From: Bugula neritina
Taxonomy: Eukaryota; Animalia; Bryozoa
Direction of reading: 5' to 3'
Length of the DNA stretch: 64,000 nucleotides
Assembly (NCBI GenBank): GCA_964035545.1
Contig: OZ037771.1
Coordinates: 11,412,480-11,476,479, forward strand
In this document: positions 27,026 through 40,034 of the stretch, in pieces
How the letters are laid out: each line of letters starts with the position of its first letter
Numbering within the stretch: position 1 is the stretch's first letter
Program-made: the position numbers and the translations under genes
Notes under the pieces: generated by a model
Database searches by the model: none
Told to the model about the DNA's origin: nothing
What the model saw: the letters and a program-made list of their open reading frames with translations, nothing else

Positions 27026-30000
27026 ATGGCGACTAAAATGAGTTATGCTCAAGTTCAAACGGACAATTATAGAACGAATTCGAGGCCAATCTCTAGTACT
27101 TCCTCCTCAAGAGGCTCAACTACCCCAACATCTAATTTTGATGGACTGGAAATTTCCGAAAGCCGAGAACTTTCTTTAAGTAGTAACAGAGCTTTAACTC
27201 GGCTTTTACAGAAAGGAGTAAGCTGTGAGGAAAACAGACGGAGGGAAAGATATCCGTCTGCTTCTAGTAGGATTAGCACACTGAGTGAAGGTAAGGGTTA
27301 GTCACAAGCACTTAACTCTCCTGTCATCCCAACATGCAAGTACCTGATACCTTGTCATACTTGTCATACCAATATCTAATATCAATTTGCGGTAATCGCT
27401 TGGAAAAGCCCTTTGACAACCACCATGTTTGGGTGATAACAGCATTTCTTATAACTATTTCAACACAGATTGCCAGGTATCCAAGTGCAAAATTGCAGTT
27501 TTATGGAGTATTGTTAGTATTAGTAGAACTTTTCAACATTAGAGTTTGTCATACCCTAAACTGAGGGAATCTCATTTCAAATTATAAACCTAAGTAAAGC
27601 TAAATTTCACAATTTACATAATCAAATTTGCAAAGGCTGTTTATAATTTAATATGAACTGTCCTTTTCTACCAGCCCACCCATGGAACCAACTCTCAGAT
27701 GCTCCCGTAAAGTTTAGTGAGAAACTTGATATGGCTATGCACCCATGGAGTAAGGTGTTCACGCACTATATACATGTGTCACACACTATATGCATGTGTC
27801 ACACTATATACATGTGTCACACATTATATACATGTGTCACACACTATATACATGTGTCACACATTATATACATGTGTCACACATACACATGTTTCACACA
27901 TTATATACATGTGTCACACATTATACACATGTGTCACACATTATATACATGTGTCACACACTATATACATGTGTCACACACTATATACATGTGTCACACA
28001 TAATATACGTGTGTCACACACTATATACATGTGTCACACACTATATACATGTGTCACACATTATATACATGTGTCACACACTATATACATGTGTCACACA
28101 CTATATACATGTGTCACACACTATATACATGTGTCACACATAATATACGTGTGTCACACACTATATACATGTGTCACACACTATATACATGTGTCACACA
28201 TTATATACATGTGTCACACACTATATACATGTGTCACACACTATATACATGTGTCACACACTATATACATGTGTCACACACTATATACATGTGTCACACA
28301 CTATATACATGCGCTTTACACTTAAATGAATGAAGAGTCTAAAGTTTAAATATACATTTATTTTCATTTGTGTGGTCAATTGAAGCTTAAAAACTGATTG
28401 AAAGTGACCCAGGATTTTTGTTACTCTTATTTTCAGCATCCTAAACAATTTTTTTCCTAATAAACAGAAATGGTGACAGTAATGTAATATTAGGTGACCA
28501 GTTAATTAGTTTGGAAAAAAATTGAATTATTTGATAGCTAATTGGCAGGCTATGCCATGAGTAAACTGTTTTCCATACTATAACTACATGCCTACATGAG
28601 TATAATTAAACTACAGTATTCAATTCACTTGCGAAGTACACCATTCAAAGCAAACAATGCATTTACTAGCTATTATAAATTGGAATATAATTTGTTTGAA
28701 CCCGGTGCTTACATTAAGAGATTATGACACTCTATCAAAGACTACTATCATGATCAAGATGAAGTACACTTTATGCTACACAACTAGTGTGTAATGAGTC
28801 TCTAGTGTATGTGTAGGCTAAGTCTAGTAGCTGTACTATAGTCACATTTAGGTGCAGTATAGTCAAGAAATTCTAATAACCTATGTTATTTTTATTTCTT
28901 TTAATAAACTTTGGTACCTATGTAGGCCTATTGGGTTGAAATTCTTGTGAAAACATAGCTTCTTTTGCTACAATTCTAGAACACAGGCTTTTCTCAGCTT
29001 TTCCATTGCTGCACCGCCTCCTATTCACAGGATGGTGGCCAACCAAGTCATTTGAATATTACTAATACAGACAGCTAAACCAATATAGAGCACTATAATA
29101 GCCTTAGAATTTTTTCAGCATGCATGTTACTATAGACTATTATTAACTTGATTTACTTTGAACATTTTTAAAATTTTAGTGAATTTTTATTTTTAAGCTA
29201 ATTGTGCTCTGACGAAGGTTTAATATCACATGTTAAGTAATATGAGTTACATAGCATGCTATGTTATATTATATTACACTTTATGATAGAATATAATATA
29301 ATATTATGTTCTATAATGATTATAATATTATATAATATAATATGTTGTAAAATATAAATGTTTATATAACATAGGCCTATGTTACTCGCAAAACATATAT
29401 AATTTTTTTACTCTGGATATGTCATGAGATACAAAGCATGTACTTAGTGCTTCTAGCCCTACTCTTGCTCTCTATTATATATATTATCAGCGTTATAATT
29501 TTTGTACTTGGCTACACTGTATTACATAGTAGACATCAGTAAGCTGCTAAGGCTATTATATGGGTGATAGCGCATAGCTACAAGAAAATAGCTTGAAGCA
29601 GCACTGAGTTAGTGGTCACTGAGTGCATTGGTTGGGAGTCTAGAGTTTTAAAGTTTTAATAAGATGTCTATGCACTCTGCCTTCAGTCACCCCAACTTGG
29701 TGCTGTTTTTAGAGATTTCCTAACTATAGCTGGTCACCACATTCCCTTCACCCAACAGTTAGTAGAAGTATGATATTCTCAGTTGATTACATACTTAGAG
29801 ATTAGCTTGAGTATGATTAGCCAAGTTCATTCTGTCAGTTGTATTAGTCTCACACTGCAGGTAGATATATTATGCTACAGAGCTTGTGTGCGTCAACATC
29901 TCTTTGAAAGGATTTCTTAGGCCACATATTTACATAACTGTGATAGATTTCTAATTGATTCCATCATTGAAATGGAACATGCATTTCAATCCAGTGAATT

Positions 30001-31045
30001 ATATGGCCTGTAGTAGTATTGGGAGTAAAACAAAATAAAGCACTACAACCAGCACTCTGCACTGTGTTTGTAGATGAGAAGCTTTCCAAGTCTGTAACCA
30101 GACTACGACAACAAGCAAAGCGGTTGCCGAGGGCCAACCCCCTACCCACCCCCAGGACCAACAGAGGAGTCTGGTCTACGTCTGAATTCCAGTATTACAT
30201 CAGCAAGATGGCATCAGAGGCTGTCGAACCCTGTGATTGGGCCATGTTAGGTGAGCCTACGTAGTCTAAATCCCATTTCAAATGTGTTTGTTTTTGTTTC
30301 TATGGTAACCAACTACTTATATGCTGGTAGCAGTGGCCAAAATTTACATGAAATTTTCCAAGTGTGAGAAGACAACAGCTGTGCTATGCAGTTTATAGTT
30401 GGTATAAACAAGCTGTAGTATGACTTAATACTCACTCCCAAAACATATAGTTTAGTACAGTAGCATAAGACTAGTGAAGGCTAGCGTTAGACTTACAGTC
30501 TGAACTGAATAGACTCAGAATATCATGTAATGTCTACCAAATACTTTAATTACCTTCAATAGTTAGTTTACTTATTTATGGTTTGAATGAAGCTGTAAAT
30601 ATTAGGATATTGATTGGCTGTAAGGCAATATGATAGAAATAAACAGAAGAGACAAAGCTTCACCAATATTTCCTTTAAAGTTTATCAAAAGGTAAATTGA
30701 CTCCAGTCAGGGGCTAGTCAAATCAATGTCCAATAATTAATAATGTCTCAAGTAAAGCACGATCACTCAAACCAATTGATATAATACTATCTAATCATGC
30801 AATGTATACCACTAGCTAACTCAGCACTATCTATTAACTATTATTAGAATATGCTCTAGATGTATTTGTTATCTTAGAAATAAAGTATTATTTCATAATA
30901 ATTTGTATATATAATAATCTTTGTAACTCTCAAGCTCTGTCTGCTTATCAGTAGACTCAACTTTTATGTAGTATGTATTATATATAGTATGCCTGTGCCT
31001 CATCTAAATAAGACCTTAGCCAGATTTAAAAATCCCCCTTTCTAT

Positions 31046-31125
<80 letters not shown>

Positions 31126-34100
31126 ATAGGTATACGAGAAACATTGTTATTTATTACTTTATTAGGTAAAGTAATTACACTGATATTTGAATTTATTAAT
31201 TTTTGAATTTCATTCATTGCTACTCTGAAGATGGGTACAGTGGTACCCGAAATATCAGGGTAATTACTTTACCTAATAAAGTAATAAATAACAATGTTTC
31301 TCGTATACCTATTTATAATCAAATTGCTAGCTCATAAAGATATATTTAAATATACATATATATATATATATATATACATATATATATACCGTATACATGC
31401 TGACATTGTGATACTCTCACAGGTTACAAGTCAGCCAGACACTACAGACCACAGAGACATGACAAGAAAGAGGACGAAGTCCTGACTTCTCTACAGATCT
31501 TCACAGGAGATGAGAAGTCACTGAATAAAGCATATTCGATGAAAGACACTCTCAAGAGATTAGATGCTCACAAGTGTGGTGAGTATGAAGTGTGAATAAA
31601 GGCTATGTAGTGCTGATTATAGAACATATACAGAGCATATGAGTTAGATCTGTGCTAAACCAAATATAAAGATGTAAAATTTTAATTATAGAAGATATAC
31701 GTTGTATTTGAATTTAAATCTGAATTCACATGAATATCTTATTGCGTCATTTTGGATAACAAGGTGTATTTAATTGTTGTCAGAAAACAGCTAGTAGATC
31801 TTCATGATTAATTCTGTAAAAGCTGTTAAACTTTTTTATACTTTGATACACTTTGTTGGAGTTGTTGGAAATGTTTATTTCAGACAATTACATAATATCA
31901 AAGGTATATAGTATCAGTTATTTGCATTTAACTATCAATTAATCATATAGAGTAAACTGCAAAATATAGTAGAACTGTTATGGTGATAGTTATAGCGGGT
32001 ACTATATGATATATTACAGGTACTATATGATATATAGCAGGTACTATACGATATATTACAGGTACTATATGATATATTACAGATACTATACGATATATTA
32101 CAGATACTATACGATATATTACAGATACTATATGATATATTACAGGTACTACACGATATATTACAGGTACTATATGATAAATTACAGGTACTATATGATA
32201 TATTACAGGTATACAGAACATTCCAGAAAGCTTAGCAGGTACATTGATCTGTTTAGAGAGACTTGATCTCTCCTGTAATTCACTTAGTGACAAGAGTTTT
32301 CCTCCCTCCTTCAACAGCTTGTCCAGCTTGATTGAGCTCAATCTAAACAGCAACCTCCTCACTACTCTTCCTGCCTGTATTCTTACTCTACACAAATTAC
32401 AACGCCTCTACCTTGGTGAGTAATGAAGTAATGAGTAGTGAAAAAAATTGATATAAAAACGTTGAAGTGCACATTAACAGTTCTTTTTTGAATATAAACA
32501 TAAAGTTTTAGCTATGCTAGGCAAACTTCACAACTATGCTTGAAGTGAAAAAATGGTTATGTTTTATTAATAAGATTTTTATTTGCATTACAAATTACGC
32601 ATTAATATAATAACATAGTATAAGTTAACACTCACTATATTTTAAATTATTATAATGATACGTTTCTAAAGATTTATACCCTGCCATTGTTAAACTTACT
32701 ATATGTATATTTTATTATTCTGTATGCCTGTATACTTATAGTGGTGCTATATTGCAGAAAAAGTTGTAAAAATAGCCAATTTTTAATATTAATGTAAAAT
32801 GATTTACATTACTACATGCTTATACAGCATACTCATGCTACTACACTTTCATACTACACGTCTATACACATACTGCTACACACCTATACACATACTACTA
32901 CACACCTATACACATACTACTACACACCTATACACATACTACTACACACCTATACACATACTACTACACACCTACACACATACTACTACACACCTATACA
33001 CATACTACTACACACCTATACACATACTGCTACACACCTATACACATACTACTACATGTCTATACACATACTACTACACACCTATACACATACTACTACA
33101 CACCTCCTACACTTTCATACTACACACCTATACACACACTACTACATGTCTATACACATACTACTACACACCTATACACATACTACTACATGTATTTAGG
33201 CTACAATGAGTTCACACAGATACCGTCCCTAGATGGAATGAGACACCTTACTGGTCTGGACATGGAGTGCAATAATCTTACCAGTGTGCCCTGGCAGGAG
33301 CTGGCTACCAGCTGCAAGTGAGTCTTCAGCTGTTACATTGGCTCACCTCTTTCTATTCTGCATGTGACATGCGTCGCGTCAACTTTCATTTACGTATTTT
33401 GAAGAAAACCAGGTCGATGTTTCTGCTTCACTTTTTAGAATTTTAGAATGCAATTTAAATAATTTTATTTTCAAACATCAATGCGCTATCAAAAGATGTG
33501 TATTAAATACAATAGGTTAATATAAAATAAGCATTAGGGGAAAAAAACCGTGATTTCTTCCCTTTATAAGGGTTACATGCAGACAGTAAGGCTATTTGAT
33601 TATATGCAAATGATACCAATTTTCAACAGGAAAACACTAGAAATAGTTATCGGAGTAAAATAAGCCAAGAAGCCTCTTCATGAATGTAATTTAGTTACAG
33701 CTTATTGTTTACTGTTTGGTGTTTTCAAATTTTAGGAGATTTTTGTATTTAAACAGCATAAAAGATAATAAATGCTGCTTTTAGACGATTACGGGTCCTG
33801 AATCTTCAAAGCAATGAGATTTCTAGTGTGGAGAAAAGTATTAAGTCTTTTAGAGAACTTATACAGTTGAATATCTCACACAACAAGCTCACAGCTGTTC
33901 CAGTTGAACTCTTTTCACTCAGAAAACTTCAGCATCTTGATGCATCTCATAACCAGGTAATAGCAATCTTATGTAAAGTATTTTTATTTTGTCCTTGTTT
34001 GCAACTTGGTGTCTGAAGCTATTAAAATACAGCTCAGCTATGTGTATATAATAGGTCCAGTCATTATATATTTGGAAAGTTGATTATGAAAGAAACGTTA

Positions 34101-36455
34101 ATTGGTTGTCGCAAGTGATTATGCTGAGGGACTGTATCAAGTGAACATTTTGCACATCTATAGTATAAATTGGGCATTATGACTGAAATCAGACAAAGTT
34201 TAAACATTAAGTATCATATATGCAGGACATATTCCTGTGAAGTTATCTCCCTCTCCTGTCTCCACACACTATATTACTGCTATGTAAGTTCTATAATGAC
34301 ATATACTTATAATTGTAGATCTCGCGTCTCCCTCAATATAATCTAAGTCAGCAGCGGCAGCACATGATGGACCTAGTTGACCTATCATACAACAATATCT
34401 ACAAGTTCAGTGATTGGCTGTTATTTATATCCTGGTGTACAGACTTATCGGCTAATAAAATAGTCACAATCCCAGGTGAGAAAACATTTTAAGTAACCCT
34501 TAATGCTCCGCAAAACTTGGGTTTAATAAATCTACAAAATCTTTGATAAAAGTTATCTTAAATATAATTCATTCACTTGATGCACTAATTAAAGGCTAGA
34601 ATATAAAATATATCTATTTGTTTCTTCACTTCACTACATAAGTTGTGTAAAGAAGTGGCGGTCATAAGCATTTGGTTAAACGTCATTTCGATTGCTTTTT
34701 TTGCGGCCTAAGATTTAAGAAAATACTGCTTTTATAAAGAGAATGGCTATTTTGCCAATTTATGTTTGAGCTTTGACCTAGATAATGTTGTTGTATTTAG
34801 CTCAAAGAGATATGAATTACTCAGAAAATATAAAGCATGGCTTTGTTATAGGTTCTACAATCAAACACATGGATTATGAAACAACGCAGAAGCTCGTTTT
34901 GAGGGAGAACCCAATAAGGTCCCCGCCTATCGATATTTGCATGGCAGGGTTACCGGCTATTATCAAACATTTTCAAGAAATCAAAAATCATTCACACATA
35001 TACCAAGGTAAATCATGTTTTATAATAATAAACTAAAACTTTATTCTTTGAAATAATGATTATTCCAAAGAAGTTCTGGTATATATTATGACATTTGCTG
35101 ATGTTTATTTGTGACGTGCTATAATCTGTTTGCCAAGTATCATAAGATATACATACTCATATTTAGGATTAAAACTAATAGTGTTGGGCCAAAAGTCTAG
35201 TGGAAAAACCAGTCTGGTGCAGAGCTTAGCAGACGGTCAATCGAGAATAACTTCACCAGATGAAGCGACAGTGATGTGTGATGTTAGCTCTATTGATTTG
35301 GCAAACCTAACAGGTGAGTATACAATTATTTATATATCTTTAAACAAACTACAGGTACACCTGCCTTTGTTGCTTATGTAACCTTGAGCAATATCATAAT
35401 ATGGCATACTCTTATACAACCTTTCATCTAAACCTATATATTATGCTTTTTATACTTAACCTAATTAACAGATGAACTCACAACATACTAATATGCATTT
35501 CTTATCATGCAGAGATGTAACATATTATATAATATCGTTATCTATGCATAGTATTTGACAGGTAAAACTGCTATGTATTTCTATACACCTTGAGCCCTTA
35601 CGTACTTGTAGAGCAACACAGTAAAATTTAAATACAGATACACAGTGCATTAACACATAGAAGTATAAATACAGACACTTATATAGATTGTCTGGTACAT
35701 AATATTTGTTATTGATTATATAGATTTCGGAAAACCTTTCAAGCTTTCGGTCTGGGACTTCTCTGGAGACCCCTTCTATTTGAACACAATCCACCACTTT
35801 CTAGATGCCAAGGCTCTCTACTTGCTCACATTTGATCTCTCCACTTACAGAACTGGAGACTTCCAAGATACATTCGCATTCTGGTTGGACTACGTGGTAG
35901 CCAGGAATAACGAGGTGAGTTGTAAGATTAGATTTGGAGAAGCTGGTAAATTCTCCAATATGCACGTAATGGGAAGTAATAAATTGAACAAAGATGATCT
36001 TTTTTCATATCAAAATGTTAAAATGTGGATGGTTTAAGTTGCAAGCTTTATGTATTCTCAACATTTTAGAAATTATTCTTGGAGCTTATTTGAAACTGAG
36101 CAATCTTATTTTACTCATTATTTTAAATTTGTGAACAATTTTATTGCAACTAGAATTAAAAAGTCCTATATGAGTTGCTTATTGAAATAAATCTAAATAA
36201 ATGCTCAATATATACTAAATATGAATAGGTTTTCAATAAATATACTCAATAAATAATATTATACTCAATAAATACTAAATAAATACTCAATAACATTACT
36301 TAAAGTTTGCTTTGCAGTTTAAAAATGATAATCAAAAAGCTGTTCTTTTGCAACATTAAAATACACCATGCAGTTTACGTAAAAGTAGGTTATACACCAT
36401 TAAGTAGGTCAGATATATATATATATATAAATATTTAGTAAGTCACACACACACA

Positions 36456-36531
<76 letters not shown>

Positions 36532-39500
36532 CACACACACAACACACACAACACACACAACACACACACAAGCAATATTTGGTTATACACATGCACATTA
36601 GGTAATAAGCACAATTTATAATAGTATATAATATATACATGGAAAAAAATATGTGGTTGTATATTTCAGGTAAAGTTACTGGTTGTTGGAACACATGCAG
36701 ACCTTCTGAATGCAGCAACAATCAAAAGAATCTGTGCAGAGGTAGAGAATCTCATCAAAAGACATTTTGCTGTCTTCAAGGAGAACATTGAAAAGAAGGT
36801 AAGAATATAAAAAGCTTCAGTTGAGGGCATATTATATCATTTTCCGCATCTTAACACAGTAAATCATATCATAAGTCCCACTGACATCAGCTATTGCCCT
36901 TCCGCCATATTGGAAAGACTAATAAACAGCCGGAGAAAGGTTTAATTACATTAGAATTTAAGTGATGAGTGGCCATACCTTGCAAACTAGGACATGCAGA
37001 ATATGGATTGCTACCAAATTTTAAAAAGGGAAGAATAAATAAAAATAATTAGGTTTCAATACACAAACAAAAATAGCATAAATTAAGTAGTATTACCGTG
37101 CCTATTTGCATCCAATTCACTAGTCTTACATTTATAGCAACTGTAATGTATTTTGTGTAAAATGGTTATTGCAAGCATTGTTCAATTCATATTTACATGG
37201 TAATCACAGCAAAATTTAAACTCTATGGCTTTGTATTTACGTGCATGAGTGAGTTTTAAAATTTTTTAAACTTTATATGCATAAAGAATGTGTTTAAAAA
37301 TTATACCAATAAGCAGAACTAAAAAAAATGTACACATAAAATAAAAAAAGGATAAAATAACAAAAGTGGCAAAATTTTCCCTTTATAACTTATATAAACT
37401 CGCGGTACAAACGTGGCATAATGACTTCTCATGCTCTAAAGTCGTCACTCTAGAAATCTACCATCTCTGAGTAGCACTAGCTTAGTGTAGACTAGTTTTA
37501 GTAGCTAGTTCTTTTATGCATGTAACACTTTTTATTTAACCTTTATTTAGATAGATTATTAGTATCAATAAATATTGGATTAGACTTTTAAGTGGATTAT
37601 TATCTCTCAACTCTTCTCTAACTCTCATGTGCAAGAGTACATGTTCAATCATTAGATCTCGTAATTACCCACAGTGCAAATTATCAGCAACATAAATTCG
37701 CAACACTACTATCTAGTATTGAAGTACATTACATGTTATATTATGCTGTACTATATCATAAAACAATATATCTATACACATATAATATACTGGGTAGACT
37801 CTGTGTATATTGATGAAAATTTATAATATAAGAGCTGTTTTAATATGCTTTTCTTAATAATATATGAGAATCTTACATCTAATAAACTCAAGGAAGTTTA
37901 TAGTCGCCATCCCTGTAAGAAATCCTGATGAAAAGGTTTTTTGTTCAGTTGGGCTAAGGACTTATTCATATGTGGCACAGGAGCAATTATGACTGGATGC
38001 TCCTCCTAATTAACCTCACTCATGGCCTTTGTCAGTTAGAACGTGACTTGTGTTTACTAAGCGAACTGTAAACCACTGCTTTTTGACTTGTACTATATAG
38101 ATAGCTGTGGTATGAAATAGAAAGGCACAAGTGCATTTTATGATATTATGTCTAAGTTGTGCCTTAAAATTATATTTTTAAACATCTTTTCACACCTCTA
38201 TATTACAGAATATTATAACTTCACTATGTACACAAAATCTTAACAACTATTGTTTAAATGAGTATAATTTTTGATTTTTTAACGAAGCAAGTATTTTCAA
38301 CATGAAAAGTAGGTAGCTCCAAATATTAGTTTATTGATTTAAAAACTTGTCTATGATTTTAGATTGAAGCAATAGAAGCAGTGAAACCCATAACCTCGTA
38401 CATGCAGGAGCAGTTGAAGCACTACTTTGGCACTCTCAAGAAAGTCAGCACATTTGTTCACTCCACTCAAGCTGTCAGCAGTCTCAGCTACGACGGATTT
38501 GAACAACTCATTGACTCTATTACAGGTATGGGCAATACTCATGACTTGCAAGTTCTGCTCCACATAATCTAATGACTTAGTTATACTTTTGCAGCTGGCA
38601 ACGTTTGAAATAAGATATTTAATTTAACCCTTTAACCACCTTTAAAGTTACGTAATATTATGGCTCGATTGAGTTTATTTGTTGTAGACTTTTGATATTA
38701 GTTTTAATTTATTTATTGAACAGTTACAATAGCTTTTGGCCTTAAATAAACTAGCTAATATAAGTTTAACAAATTTCATTTGAGAAAGTTCAAGTTGAAG
38801 TAGTTTGTTAATGATCACCATTTGTTACAGTGTTGCTATAGTTACACTTCAATTGTTTAGAGTTAGCCTCTGACAACAGGCTATTTCCAAATGGGCTGCA
38901 GCAAATACCGTCCCTTTGGATAAGTGTCCATGACACTGTGGAGGACTTGGCTAAGCAGACAAGAGTTCCTCTCCTGCATATTGATGAATTCCAGTCAAAG
39001 GTCAGTGTCAGTCACTGCTTTATGCACACAAGCTTTAACAGAAATTCTGATTGTGGTTAAACATCTTTATACATTTTGTAATCAACAACTAAGCCAAGAA
39101 TAAAAAAAACTTTTCGTAATGTTTTTCACAATAAAAATTACTTTGTCTAGTATGAAAATTCTATTTTAAATTCAGATGGCACAAAACACCTAAAAATTCA
39201 TATTCTCATAAATGAAACTAGTGACTTAACTTCTATTTGACATTCACATTAAAATAGAGCATAGTCTTATCATTTTCTTCCCTTTAATAATGTGGCTCAC
39301 TTTATATTCTAGTGATAATCTGGGTTATTTTTGTGTTTTATAAAATAGCGCATCAGTTGCAGTTGTCTTCTCTTTCATTACTTCTATTATAATATATCAA
39401 ATATACATATAATGTAAAATAAAAAGTTACATCTGCATTTAACACTCATGAAACGCCTAAAAACTATTTTTTCAGTTGATATCAAATCATGGAATGAAGA

Positions 39501-39941
39501 ACATGATGAAAGATATATGTATGTACCTTCATGATACCGGCACTATTGTGTGGGTACACAATGATGAGAAGCTGAAGGACTACGTCTTTCTTAGACCAAG
39601 ATGGCTGATAGACATCATCAAGTCCCTTATTCGAAACGACATGAAGAACTTGGACTACGAAGAAATGGACGAAATACTTCTAGCAAATGCTGTTCTCAAA
39701 CACCGGTGAATATTTAGCTAGTCTGCTGCAACAGGAAATACATGATTATTTAATGAGTCAGAGCAGTATGTGGTAGCTTTGCAAGTGTATACTAGAGTAC
39801 TATAGATATATGTACATTTCTTTATAACAAGATTTTGTAGTGTGATTTGATTATGAAATGTGATCGAAAGTTTATGTGTTTTTGAATAATATGATCGAGG
39901 GTCTATTAAACAAATGTGTAGATGTTAAATGATCAAACAAA

Positions 39942-40034
<93 letters not shown>

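Noticed and set aside
27653-28333. Repetitive ORFs (HTLYTCV...), likewise at 8619-9231, 25609-25827, 31943-33209, 48725-49207, 51030-51955 and 59163-59397
   Set aside because: Their repetitive parts are translations of tandem repeats, open in several frames or strands; only short real exons overlap some of them
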